A stretch of DNA of 64,000 nucleotides. It comes from a virus. A program made the position numbers and the translations under genes. The notes under the pieces were generated by a model. It was given only the letters and a program-made list of their open reading frames with translations, made no database searches and was not told the origin of the DNA. Each line of letters opens with the position of its first letter. The stretch's first letter is position 1. Where the stretch lies: the IMG/VR virus record IMGVR_UViG_3300008266_000002, one strand, 5' to 3'. This document shows, piece by piece, positions 29,421 to 38,268 of this stretch.

Positions 29421-30344
29421 ATGATAGGCTTTTACGATTTACCAAACAACAATAATAACGTATACGTCTTCTATGCAGCAACATCTGGTAGTTGGCAAAC
29501 TTGGCAAAAACCAAAAGGATGCAAGTACGCACAATTCCTAGTGATAGGCGGAGGCGGAGGAGGTGGTGCTGGTGGATCTGCAGCATTAAACACATCTAGA
29601 TCAGGTGGTGCTGGAGGAGGTAGTTCTGGAGTAAGTAGACTATTCGTTCCTTTATCAAGTATACCAGATGTATTGTATATACAAGTTGGGGTTGGTGGAT
29701 TAGGAGGAACAGCGACTGGTGCTACAGGAAATGCCGGAGGAGTGGGTACGCTTTCATATGTGAGTATTTTACCAGACCTTGCTGTTGCAAATAGTTTAAT
29801 AAGAAGTGGTAATGCTAATGCAGGTGGGGGTAATGGTGGAAGTGGATTAGGAAGTAGTAATGCTACAGCAGGAATTGCAAGCACAGTATTTACAGTAGTA
29901 AATGGATTATTATCACATATTGGACATTCAGCTTTTGTTGCTGGTCAAGCTGGTGGTGGTGGTGGAAATATAAACCAATCTGGTACAGCAATCACACTTG
30001 CAGGTATAACAAGTGGAGGAGCTGGAGCGGCTGGAGTGAGTACCACAAACCGTAATGGAGCTAATATAACGGGAGCTGGATTTGTACCAACTGTCAATGG
30101 AGGTAATCCAACAACCTTGTCTCAAGCTGATAGTGGTTTTAATTCATTTAACGCTAAACTACTAAACCAAAGATTACCATTGTTTTTTACTGGAGGTGCT
30201 GGAGGTTATTCAATCAATACAACAACTGGAGGTAATGGTGGAAACGGAGCATTTGGTTGTGGAGGAGGAGGGGGAGGAGCAGGCATCACCGGTGGAAAAG
30301 GAGGAGATGGAGGAAACGGATTAGTAATAATAACATGCTGGTAA
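29421..30344 (+). CDS. Glycine-rich adhesin-like protein, paralog 3
   Basis: WQTWQKPKGCKY...GGNGLVIITCW. Confidence 0.65.
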   Translation: MIGFYDLPNNNNNVYVFYAATSGSWQTWQKPKGCKYAQFLVIGGGGGGGAGGSAALNTSRSGGAGGGSSGVSRLFVPLSSIPDVLYIQVGVGGLGGTATGATGNAGGVGTLSYVSILPDLAVANSLIRSGNANAGGGNGGSGLGSSNATAGIASTVFTVVNGLLSHIGHSAFVAGQAGGGGGNINQSGTAITLAGITSGGAGAAGVSTTNRNGANITGAGFVPTVNGGNPTTLSQADSGFNSFNAKLLNQRLPLFFTGGAGGYSINTTTGGNGGNGAFGCGGGGGGAGITGGKGGDGGNGLVIITCW

Positions 30345-30391
30345 TACAATCCAGCCAAATCAGTGCATATTTATACTAAATAACAAGTTAT

Positions 30392-30664
30392 ATGGAATCA
30401 ATAAAGTTTACACCCGAAGAGTTAGATGAGATTAAAGTTATTCAAGAAAAGTATAACGTAATAGGAATCCAACTCGTACAATTAAAATTAGCAATTAAGA
30501 ACACACAGTCTTACTTACAGTCGTTACAGCAACAAGAAGCTACCCTAGAAGACGAAATTGTCAAAGTCAATACTGAAGAAAAGGCACTAGCAGAAAAGTT
30601 GGATGGTAAATATGGAGCAGGTTCATTAGATTTAGAAACTGGACAATTTACACCAAAAGCTTAA
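30392..30664 (+). CDS. Small coiled-coil protein
   Basis: Own TATTTATA at 30368; ends KYGAGSLDLETGQFTPKA. Confidence 0.6.
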   Translation: MESIKFTPEELDEIKVIQEKYNVIGIQLVQLKLAIKNTQSYLQSLQQQEATLEDEIVKVNTEEKALAEKLDGKYGAGSLDLETGQFTPKA

Positions 30665-30727
30665 AAAAACAAAGGTTTCAGGTTATACTGTGATATTTAT
30701 ATTCAAATTGATAAACTATAAAACAAA

Positions 30728-33109
30728 ATGGCTGAAAGAATAGTATCACCTGGCGTATTTACCAACGAGAGAGACCTCTCATTCCTTCCTGCTGGTATAG
30801 CAGCGATTGGAGCTGCAATCATTGGTCCTACAATTAAAGGACCTGCATTCGTACCAACTGTAGTAACATCTTTCGATGACTTTATTGCTAAGTTTGGTGG
30901 CTTGAGTGAAGAAACATATGTACCTTATGCTGTAAAAAGCTACCTTGGTAGTGCAAGTACTGTAACTGTAGTTAGAGTGCTTTCTGAAGGTGGATACAAT
31001 GCAGACGCAGTACAAATTATCCACACAACTGGATCTACTAGTAGATTAGTTGGTGTAATCATGCCAACTACAACTATCGGTAGTTCTACTGGAAAAGGAT
31101 ACACAGCTTCTGATTTCACAGCTTTCACAGGACAAAGTGTGACTGGATCTTTTGGATTCCAACTTTCTGGATCTGGTGTAAGTGCTCAAAACCTAACTGC
31201 ATCTGCAAATCCTTCCAATGTTAACTCTTTTGCTAATGTACTTGGTACTTCAGTAAAAGGTGCTAAGAACGGATACATGTATGTTTGGTTTAGTGATTTC
31301 TTAGCAACTGGTGCTGGTTTATCAGGATCTGTATCTTTTGTATCACAATCCGCAAATGCAAAAGTAGATTTGTCTGGATCATCTGGAGCTTACAGCCCAG
31401 CTTCAACTCCATGGATTCAAACACAGATAATTGGTAATCAAAAATTAAACCTATTCAAATTCCACACACTTGCTGATGGTACTGATACAAATACATCAGT
31501 AAAAGTGAGTGTTATTAATAATACCCTACCAGGTGTAGATCCAGGTTCAGATTATGGTAATTTTACTATTGTAGTACGTGACTATGCTGATACAGATCAA
31601 AGACCATTAATCTTAGAAACATACAATGGTGTTAATTTAGACCCAGATTCTTCTAACTACATTGCAAGAAGAATAGGTGATAAATCATACAGTGTAAGTT
31701 CAGCAGGTGTTGTAACAGTAACTGGCGACTATGATAATATTTCAAAATATGTTAGAGTAGAGGTTGATTCTGCTGTATCTGCAAAAGCAATCACAACTGC
31801 AGCAAAACCATTTGGATTCAATGCAGTAGTACAACCAGTATCTTCAAGCTACACATTCCCAACAGCGTCTTTTGTAACTCAGCTTACTCAAATCAATAAC
31901 GCTTACAACAAAAAAGCTTATTACGGATGGAACTGGTCAGTTGAAGACAACGAAAATTATCTAAAACCTCTTGCAAAAGGAACAACTACAGTAGGAAGTG
32001 CATTTAACCTTGATGAGTGTTTTATTCACCCAAGTGCATCTAAATTAAATACCAACTCTACTTTTGTAGGTGGTTCAAGTATATCAGGTTCAACATTTGC
32101 AGGACTAGATGTAAGCACCTTCTTAAAATTCACAGTACCTTTCCAAGGTGGATTTGATGGAATGGATCCGGCAATCGCTAAGAATGTAGGTGCAAACATC
32201 ACTTCTACTAACTTGTTTGGTATGAATTGTTCAAGTGCAACAGCAGCTGGAACAGTAGGATACACTAAAGCACTTAACGTAATCAGCAATGCTGACGAGT
32301 TTGATGTTAATTTGATAGTAACACCTGGTGCCACAATCGCAGATCACTCAGCTATCATAAATAAAGCAATTGAAGTTGCTGAAGATAGAGGTGATGCATT
32401 TGTAATCGCAGATCCAGTTATCCAAGGACGTAATCTTGCAACTGCAGTAGCAGCTGTAGTAGATAGTGGAATTGATTCTAACTACGCTGGTACTTACTGG
32501 CCATGGGTTAAGATCATTGATTCTAACAAAAACAAACCAGTTTGGGTACCACCAAGTGTAGTTGTACCAAGAGTAATGGCTTACAATGACTCAGTAGCTT
32601 ACGAATGGTTTGCTCCTGCAGGTCTTAATAGAGGTGGTATTGGTGAAGCTGTTGATGTAGAATTGAAACTTACACAAGCTGACAGAAACGATCTTTATGA
32701 GAATAAGATCAATGCAATTGCAACATTCCCTAACCAAGGAGTTTGTATCTGGGGTCAGAAAACATTACAAGCTAAACCATCAGCTCTTGATAGAATCAAT
32801 GTAAGACGTTTAATGATCACTTTGAAAAAGTACATTGCATCTGCAAGCCGTTATTTAGTATTCGAAAACAATACAACAGCTACTCGTCAAAGATTCTTGA
32901 ATATTGTGACTCCTTACTTAGAAACAGTAAAAGCTCGTCAAGGATTGTATGCGTTCAGAGTTGTAATGGATGAAACAAACAATACTCCAGACGTAATCGA
33001 CAGAAACATTATGTATGGTCAAATATACTTACAGCCTGCAAAAGCTGCTGAATTTATCATTCTTGACTTTAATATTCTTCCAACTGGAGCATCTTTTGAA
33101 AACGCTTAA
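30728..33109 (+). CDS. Contractile tail sheath protein (gp18-like)
   Basis: SPGVFTNERD, WFAPAGLNRG, WGQKTL and DRINVRRL motifs. Confidence 0.95.
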   Translation: MAERIVSPGVFTNERDLSFLPAGIAAIGAAIIGPTIKGPAFVPTVVTSFDDFIAKFGGLSEETYVPYAVKSYLGSASTVTVVRVLSEGGYNADAVQIIHTTGSTSRLVGVIMPTTTIGSSTGKGYTASDFTAFTGQSVTGSFGFQLSGSGVSAQNLTASANPSNVNSFANVLGTSVKGAKNGYMYVWFSDFLATGAGLSGSVSFVSQSANAKVDLSGSSGAYSPASTPWIQTQIIGNQKLNLFKFHTLADGTDTNTSVKVSVINNTLPGVDPGSDYGNFTIVVRDYADTDQRPLILETYNGVNLDPDSSNYIARRIGDKSYSVSSAGVVTVTGDYDNISKYVRVEVDSAVSAKAITTAAKPFGFNAVVQPVSSSYTFPTASFVTQLTQINNAYNKKAYYGWNWSVEDNENYLKPLAKGTTTVGSAFNLDECFIHPSASKLNTNSTFVGGSSISGSTFAGLDVSTFLKFTVPFQGGFDGMDPAIAKNVGANITSTNLFGMNCSSATAAGTVGYTKALNVISNADEFDVNLIVTPGATIADHSAIINKAIEVAEDRGDAFVIADPVIQGRNLATAVAAVVDSGIDSNYAGTYWPWVKIIDSNKNKPVWVPPSVVVPRVMAYNDSVAYEWFAPAGLNRGGIGEAVDVELKLTQADRNDLYENKINAIATFPNQGVCIWGQKTLQAKPSALDRINVRRLMITLKKYIASASRYLVFENNTTATRQRFLNIVTPYLETVKARQGLYAFRVVMDETNNTPDVIDRNIMYGQIYLQPAKAAEFIILDFNILPTGASFENA

Positions 33110-33133
33110 TAATTATAATAAAAGACAAGTAGC

Positions 33134-33622
33134 ATGGCAAACTTAATAGAAAATAACGAAATATTTTACACCCCGTACGAGCCAAAAGTACAGAATAGGT
33201 TTATCCTTCAAATTGATGGTATTCCTTCTTTCTTATGCAAAAAGGTTTCTCGTCCTACTTTAGAGTGTGGTGAGGTTGTATTAGACCACATTAACATTAT
33301 CCGTAAGTTAAAAGGAAAGTGTAAATGGAGTGATATCACACTTACAATGTACGATGCAATTGTACCTTCAGGTGCTCAAGCAGTAATGGAGTGGGTACGT
33401 ACTTCTCATGAATCTGTAACTGGTCGTGATGGATATGCAGACTTCTACAAGAAGAATTTTGATATCTTTGTACTTGGTCCGGTAGGTGATAAAATTGAGA
33501 ACTGGAAAGTTTGGGGAGCTTATATCAAAACAGCTGCCTTTGGTGACTTGGATTGGTCAACTGAAACTCAAGTTGAGATCACATTAACACTAGGCTTAGA
33601 CTACTGCGTACTAGAATACTAA
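33134..33622 (+). CDS. Tail tube protein (gp19-like)
   Basis: Follows the sheath; EPKVQNRF, KGKCKWSDITLT and FGDLDW motifs. Confidence 0.88.
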   Translation: MANLIENNEIFYTPYEPKVQNRFILQIDGIPSFLCKKVSRPTLECGEVVLDHINIIRKLKGKCKWSDITLTMYDAIVPSGAQAVMEWVRTSHESVTGRDGYADFYKKNFDIFVLGPVGDKIENWKVWGAYIKTAAFGDLDWSTETQVEITLTLGLDYCVLEY

Positions 33623-33643
33623 TCAAAACCAAATTTTTTATAA

Positions 33644-33676
33644 AAAAGCCAACCAAAAAGTTGGCTTTTGTTTTTT
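33644..33676 (+). terminator. Terminator hairpin GCCAAC/GTTGGC
   Basis: AAAAGCCAAC-CAAAAA-GTTGGCTTTT. Confidence 0.8.
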
Positions 33677-33719
33677 AATTGTGGATCTTTAGTATATTAA
33701 TAATTAAAACAGCAAGAAA

Positions 33720-34091
33720 ATGAAACTATCACAAGTCAAACGTATTATAAAGGAAGAAATAAAAAAAGCTGTAAAAGAAGCTTATGACCTACCAACTCAA
33801 ACCACACCAGAACAATTTGTACAAGCAGTAACAGATATGCTACCGGAATTAAGAAAGCAAGTAGACGCTGCTGCAAGTGCAGTAAAAGTAGTCTATGTAG
33901 AAAATAGTGAACGATATGCTGCAAAACATACTCACGGAACAGAGTTAAAAGTACAATATGATGGTATCAAACAAGCTAACAAACTTGCAAATGCCTATAA
34001 TGAGATTCTATTTTACTTAGATGGTTATGCAAAACAACCATCTGATCGCTATGAAGAAAAAATTAGAGCTGCGGTAGCAACACTAAAATAA
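33720..34091 (+). CDS. Leader-tagged cassette protein 2 (MKLSQVKRIIKEEIKKAVKE)
   Basis: Inserted between tube and chaperone; TATTAATA at 33695; the same hairpin stem on both sides. Confidence 0.7.
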   Translation: MKLSQVKRIIKEEIKKAVKEAYDLPTQTTPEQFVQAVTDMLPELRKQVDAAASAVKVVYVENSERYAAKHTHGTELKVQYDGIKQANKLANAYNEILFYLDGYAKQPSDRYEEKIRAAVATLK

Positions 34092-34118
34092 TATTGTAAA
34101 GTGTGAAAATTAGTAGAA

Positions 34119-34152
34119 AAAGCCAACCATAAAAAGTTGGCTTTCTTTTTTT
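34119..34152 (+). terminator. Terminator hairpin GCCAAC/GTTGGC
   Basis: AAAGCCAAC-CATAAAAA-GTTGGCTTT plus T tract. Confidence 0.8.
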
Positions 34153-34191
34153 ATTTTGTTATATTTATTTTAAATAAAAGTTACTAATCCT

Positions 34192-35061
34192 ATGACAAAA
34201 GTTGTAAACGATGATTATCCAGTAAATCGTCAACTCTCTGATGAAGAGATCAAAGCCAAATTCCTACAAGATTCTGTGAACACTGGTACGATTAGCAATG
34301 CGAAATCAGATGTTCCTACCGAAATGATTGCACTTCCCTCTAAAGGTTATTTTTATCCAGAAGGACATCCATTAGCAAGTGGATATATTGAGATGAAATA
34401 TATGACAGCACGAGAGGAGGATATACTATCATCTCAAAGCTTAATTAAAAGTGGTACTGTAATTGATAAACTACTTCAATCGCTTATCGTTACCAAGATT
34501 AATTACAATGACCTATTGACTATTGATAAGAATGCTGTGTTTATTGCAGCTCGTATCTTAGCTTATGGTCCTGATTATGAAGTAGAGATTGCATGTCCAA
34601 GCTGTGGTGAAAAATCAAAACACGTTATTGATCTTCAACAATTTGAAGAAAAGATTATTAACTGGGACACTTTCACAAAAGGACAGACTACTCATAATTT
34701 CACTCTTCCAGCTTGCAAAAAGCAACTAACGTTAAAGTTTTTAACACACGGAGATGAAAAAGCGATCGAAGAGTCCGTCAAAGCACAAAAACGATTAACT
34801 AAGTTGACTGGAGTTGATCCTGAATTAAGTACTCGTTTAAAGCACTTGATAGTTGGTGTAGATGGGAATACAGACAGAACAGCAATCAATAACTTTGTAG
34901 ATAACATGTTATCACGTGATAGTTTAGCATTAAGATCATACCTAAAAGAGGTGACTCCAGATATCGATACAACATTTTCGTTTATGTGTCCAAGCTGTGG
35001 TTATGAGCAGGAAAAGATGACAATGCCAATCAACGTCAACTTTTTTTGGCCTGGGGTCTGA
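34192..35061 (+). CDS. Tail assembly chaperone / baseplate hub assembly protein (T4 gp26-like)
   Basis: LPSKG..Y, MTAREEDIL, two CPSCG motifs, ends FFWPGV; upstream of the tape measure. Confidence 0.75.
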   Translation: MTKVVNDDYPVNRQLSDEEIKAKFLQDSVNTGTISNAKSDVPTEMIALPSKGYFYPEGHPLASGYIEMKYMTAREEDILSSQSLIKSGTVIDKLLQSLIVTKINYNDLLTIDKNAVFIAARILAYGPDYEVEIACPSCGEKSKHVIDLQQFEEKIINWDTFTKGQTTHNFTLPACKKQLTLKFLTHGDEKAIEESVKAQKRLTKLTGVDPELSTRLKHLIVGVDGNTDRTAINNFVDNMLSRDSLALRSYLKEVTPDIDTTFSFMCPSCGYEQEKMTMPINVNFFWPGV

Positions 35062-35254
35062 GTACAGACCCATGCTGCAAGACCAGATCTTTGATCTAAT
35101 GTACTATGGAAAGATGGGATGGACATATACTGAGCTGTATAATCTTCCAGTACATTTACGAAGATACTTTTACCTCAAGTTAGCTGATACTCGCAAAAAA
35201 GAAAACGAAGCTGAAAAAGAAGCTTATGATAAAGCGAAATCAGGAAAAAGATAA
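35042..35254 (+). CDS. gp51/gpT-like chaperone C-terminal segment, probably reached by frameshift (an in-frame ATG also exists at 35072)
   Basis: The +1 frame from the T7 run reads FFGLGSEYRPMLQDQIFDLMYYGKMGWTYTELYNLPVHLRRYF. Confidence 0.6.
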   Translation, partial: FFGLGSEYRPMLQDQIFDLMYYGKMGWTYTELYNLPVHLRRYFYLKLADTRKKENEAEKEAYDKAKSGKR

Positions 35255-35255
35255 G

Positions 35256-35282
35256 AGCCAACCTAGTGTTGGCTTTCCTTTT
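35256..35282 (+). terminator. Terminator hairpin with CTAGT loop
   Basis: AGCCAAC-CTAGT-GTTGGCT plus T-rich tail. Confidence 0.8.
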
Positions 35283-35312
35283 GTATAGATATTTATATGA
35301 AAACGTTGTAAA

Positions 35313-35636
35313 ATGACTGATAAACAATTGCGCGAAAAGCTTCGCAAAATAATACAGCAAGAATATCATAACTATAGAATCGAGGAAGGTATTGTTAATT
35401 GGATGATTGACAAAGTTGGACAATTTGGTACAAACTTACTAAAAAGTAAGACAGAGTATACTCTAGCAAGGATATACAAAGATCCTGAGTTCCGCAAGCT
35501 CAGTAAGCAATTTGGAATGAAGGAAGATGAATTTGTTCAAAGAGCAACAAAGCTCATCAAGCAAGATCCTAAAAAATTTGCTGATATATTAGCATATGAT
35601 GTTAGAAAGGGTGCATTTGGTAAATACTTCAAATAG
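35313..35636 (+). CDS. Leader-tagged cassette protein 3 (variant leader QLREKLRKIIQQE...IEE)
   Basis: Own TATTTATA at 35290; sits between chaperone and tape measure. Confidence 0.6.
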   Translation: MTDKQLREKLRKIIQQEYHNYRIEEGIVNWMIDKVGQFGTNLLKSKTEYTLARIYKDPEFRKLSKQFGMKEDEFVQRATKLIKQDPKKFADILAYDVRKGAFGKYFK

Positions 35637-35642
35637 AAAAGA

Positions 35643-38267
35643 TTGAAAGCAGATGATTTTATCCCAAAGGATTTAGCCGCAACTGTTGCAAAAGCAGTTG
35701 AGGAAGGTATACGTTCTGGAGCTAAAAGAGGTTTTAGTGGTGGAGATTTTCTACAAGATCTAAAAGATCAAATGGAAGAAATACAAAAAGACCAAAAAGC
35801 CACTGAGTTTAATGAGAAGGTTAGGAAGATAGTGGCTGGGGGTATGTTATCGACTAAGCAGGCAGAGTTAGAGGTGCTAAAAGACCAACATATTGAAACT
35901 AACAACTCATTAATAACAGAATATCAAAGAAACGCCGCTGTCATAGAGAGATTGATGTTACTTGCAGAGGAGATGGGTAACATGAGCCGCTTTTACCAGT
36001 TTCAAGAAAAACTAACTGCTCTGCAAGGTGATATAGACGGACTAGTAGCACAGAATGAGCAAATCAAGGATAATACCAAACAAATGCAGGACTTGCTTAA
36101 ACAGCAAGAGGAATCAAACGAAGCGCTAGAGAAATCAGCAGAAATCAATCAAAAAATCGCAAACGCCAGTGAATGGTTGAAAAAATACCAAGAAGGGTGG
36201 GAAAATATTCAAGACATCTTAAAAACCCCAGAACTTGCAAAAGCGGTTTTCTTAGATGCTGTAATAGATAAGCTAGGCGAAGCTTATGAGAGCTTTGAGA
36301 GTTTTCGAAAGATGGGACTTACAGCAGGTCAGGCAGTAGGCGCACAATTCAAGTCAATGGACATTATGAGCTTGTTGGGTCTATCGGATACGAAAGGAGT
36401 CTTGCAGGGAGTGGTAGAGGAGTATGGTAACATAAACGCATTAAGTAAAGAGACTGTTAGCGATCTTGGAATGATGGCCCATCATTTTGGAATAGCTGGT
36501 CAAGAGGCATTAAAGGTAAATGCCGCTTTATCACAAATGCCAGGTGAAACAGCTAAAACAGCAGCACATGCAATGGAGCATGTAGGCCACATGGCAGAAC
36601 TAGAGGGTATAGCACCAGCCAAGATTATGAGGGATATGGCTGAACAAACAGAAACAATGGCGTTGTACAGCAAAGGTGGTGCGGAGGGATTTGGTAAAGC
36701 TGCGATTGAGTTGCATAAAATGGGTATTGAAATAGGTACTGCTGCCAAAATGGCGGAAGGATTGCTTGATTTTGAAAATAGTATTAATAAGCAGATGGAA
36801 GCATCTGTGCTATTAGGAAGAGAAATAAATCTAGATAAAGCACGAGAGCTTAGCTTGCTTGGCGATTTAGAGGGAGCTACAAAGGAGGTGTTAAAGAATG
36901 TGGGTGGTGCTGCTGAATTTGATAGGATGAATGTAATGGAGAAGAAGGCATTAGCAGAAGCAGCTGGATTAACAGTGGCAGAATTGCAAAAAACAATCGA
37001 CGCGCAAGAGGAGTCAAATAAATATTTTGGAGAAGGAGCAACTTTAGGAGAGCGAGCATTAGGAACAATATTGGAGTATGGTGGTGCTGCCGCAGGATTT
37101 CTGAAAGAAAATGGAGAATTGCTGTTAGCAGGTACTCAGTTTATATTGGACGGAAACTTAGCAAAAATGGCTGGGTATGCTGCAGATGCAGCCTTTTGGG
37201 TAAAGGAAAAAGCTCACATGTTGTGGAAGTTTGGAATGCAGAAGATTATGGGTAAGGGTGCGCAGAGTGTAAAAGATGTGGCAGGAGATAAAACTGAATT
37301 ACCTAAGACAGATACTGTCAGCGATGCTAGCAAAAAGATGGGTGGTGGGGGAATGGTGAAAGAGTTTAAGAAAAATATGCAGGAGTTAGCGGAAGGCTTT
37401 AAAGCAATGGGACAGCCTGATGTACGTAGTGGTGTTATTAACACTCTTATTGCGGGACCAGCGTTATTAATCGCCGTACCTGCAATACCGTTCTTACTGT
37501 TTATGGGAAAAGTTGATTTAAAGTCCCTTGAACAAAATTTTACAAGCCTGGCAACGGGTTTGAAAGAAATGGGTGGTACGTTCATCGGTTCTGCTGCATT
37601 AGTGGCGTTTGCAGTAGCAGGTACGTTAGCAATACCATCGTTAATATTTCTAGGAGGGTTAGCACTGATAGGTAAGGGAGCTGAGTTGGGATTAAAGGCT
37701 TTGGGAAGGGGGTTAGTAGCATTAGGAACTCCGGCAACCGCGGTAGCAGCCCTTATTGGTATTGGATTGATAGCAGCGTTGGGTGTTGCTATGATACCAT
37801 TTGCATATGCTTTAAGTTTGGTAACCCCGTTAGTTGAAGCTTTTGGTAATATAATAGTTGGTGTGTTAGCATCGGTACCACCTATCATAACGGCAATTGC
37901 GGATGGATTTGTCACAATGTTTACTACAGTATCACAGAACATAGGAGCATTACTAGCCTTAGGCCCTGCTCTAATGATGATAGGTACGGGATTGAGCATT
38001 ATGTCATTGGCGGGTATAGGTGCGTTACCAATCATAGGAGCTCTAGCCGGCTTAGCTGTAGTAGCACCAGCACTAACTGGACTTGGAGCGTCATTGGGTG
38101 GATTGTTTGGAGGTGGTGAAGGTGAGAAAGAAGATAAAATGGATACTTTGATTGCAGAAATAAGAGAGTTAAAAGTAATAGCATCTCAAGGTGGTCAAGT
38201 TAGTATGGATGGTAAAAAGGTTGGTGAGGTTATACGTTTAGGATTAAACTCAGCAGGTATAAGATAA
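35643..38267 (+). CDS. Tape measure protein
   Basis: 874 aa, helical and A/G-rich with hydrophobic C-terminal repeats; LLDFENSI...LLGREINLDKARE; canonical position. Confidence 0.85.
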   Translation: MKADDFIPKDLAATVAKAVEEGIRSGAKRGFSGGDFLQDLKDQMEEIQKDQKATEFNEKVRKIVAGGMLSTKQAELEVLKDQHIETNNSLITEYQRNAAVIERLMLLAEEMGNMSRFYQFQEKLTALQGDIDGLVAQNEQIKDNTKQMQDLLKQQEESNEALEKSAEINQKIANASEWLKKYQEGWENIQDILKTPELAKAVFLDAVIDKLGEAYESFESFRKMGLTAGQAVGAQFKSMDIMSLLGLSDTKGVLQGVVEEYGNINALSKETVSDLGMMAHHFGIAGQEALKVNAALSQMPGETAKTAAHAMEHVGHMAELEGIAPAKIMRDMAEQTETMALYSKGGAEGFGKAAIELHKMGIEIGTAAKMAEGLLDFENSINKQMEASVLLGREINLDKARELSLLGDLEGATKEVLKNVGGAAEFDRMNVMEKKALAEAAGLTVAELQKTIDAQEESNKYFGEGATLGERALGTILEYGGAAAGFLKENGELLLAGTQFILDGNLAKMAGYAADAAFWVKEKAHMLWKFGMQKIMGKGAQSVKDVAGDKTELPKTDTVSDASKKMGGGGMVKEFKKNMQELAEGFKAMGQPDVRSGVINTLIAGPALLIAVPAIPFLLFMGKVDLKSLEQNFTSLATGLKEMGGTFIGSAALVAFAVAGTLAIPSLIFLGGLALIGKGAELGLKALGRGLVALGTPATAVAALIGIGLIAALGVAMIPFAYALSLVTPLVEAFGNIIVGVLASVPPIITAIADGFVTMFTTVSQNIGALLALGPALMMIGTGLSIMSLAGIGALPIIGALAGLAVVAPALTGLGASLGGLFGGGEGEKEDKMDTLIAEIRELKVIASQGGQVSMDGKKVGEVIRLGLNSAGIR

Positions 38268-38268
38268 T

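Noticed and set aside
27595-30344. Glycine-rich paralogs as diversity-generating retroelement targets
   Set aside because: No reverse transcriptase in the window and no template/variable repeat pair differing only at adenines.
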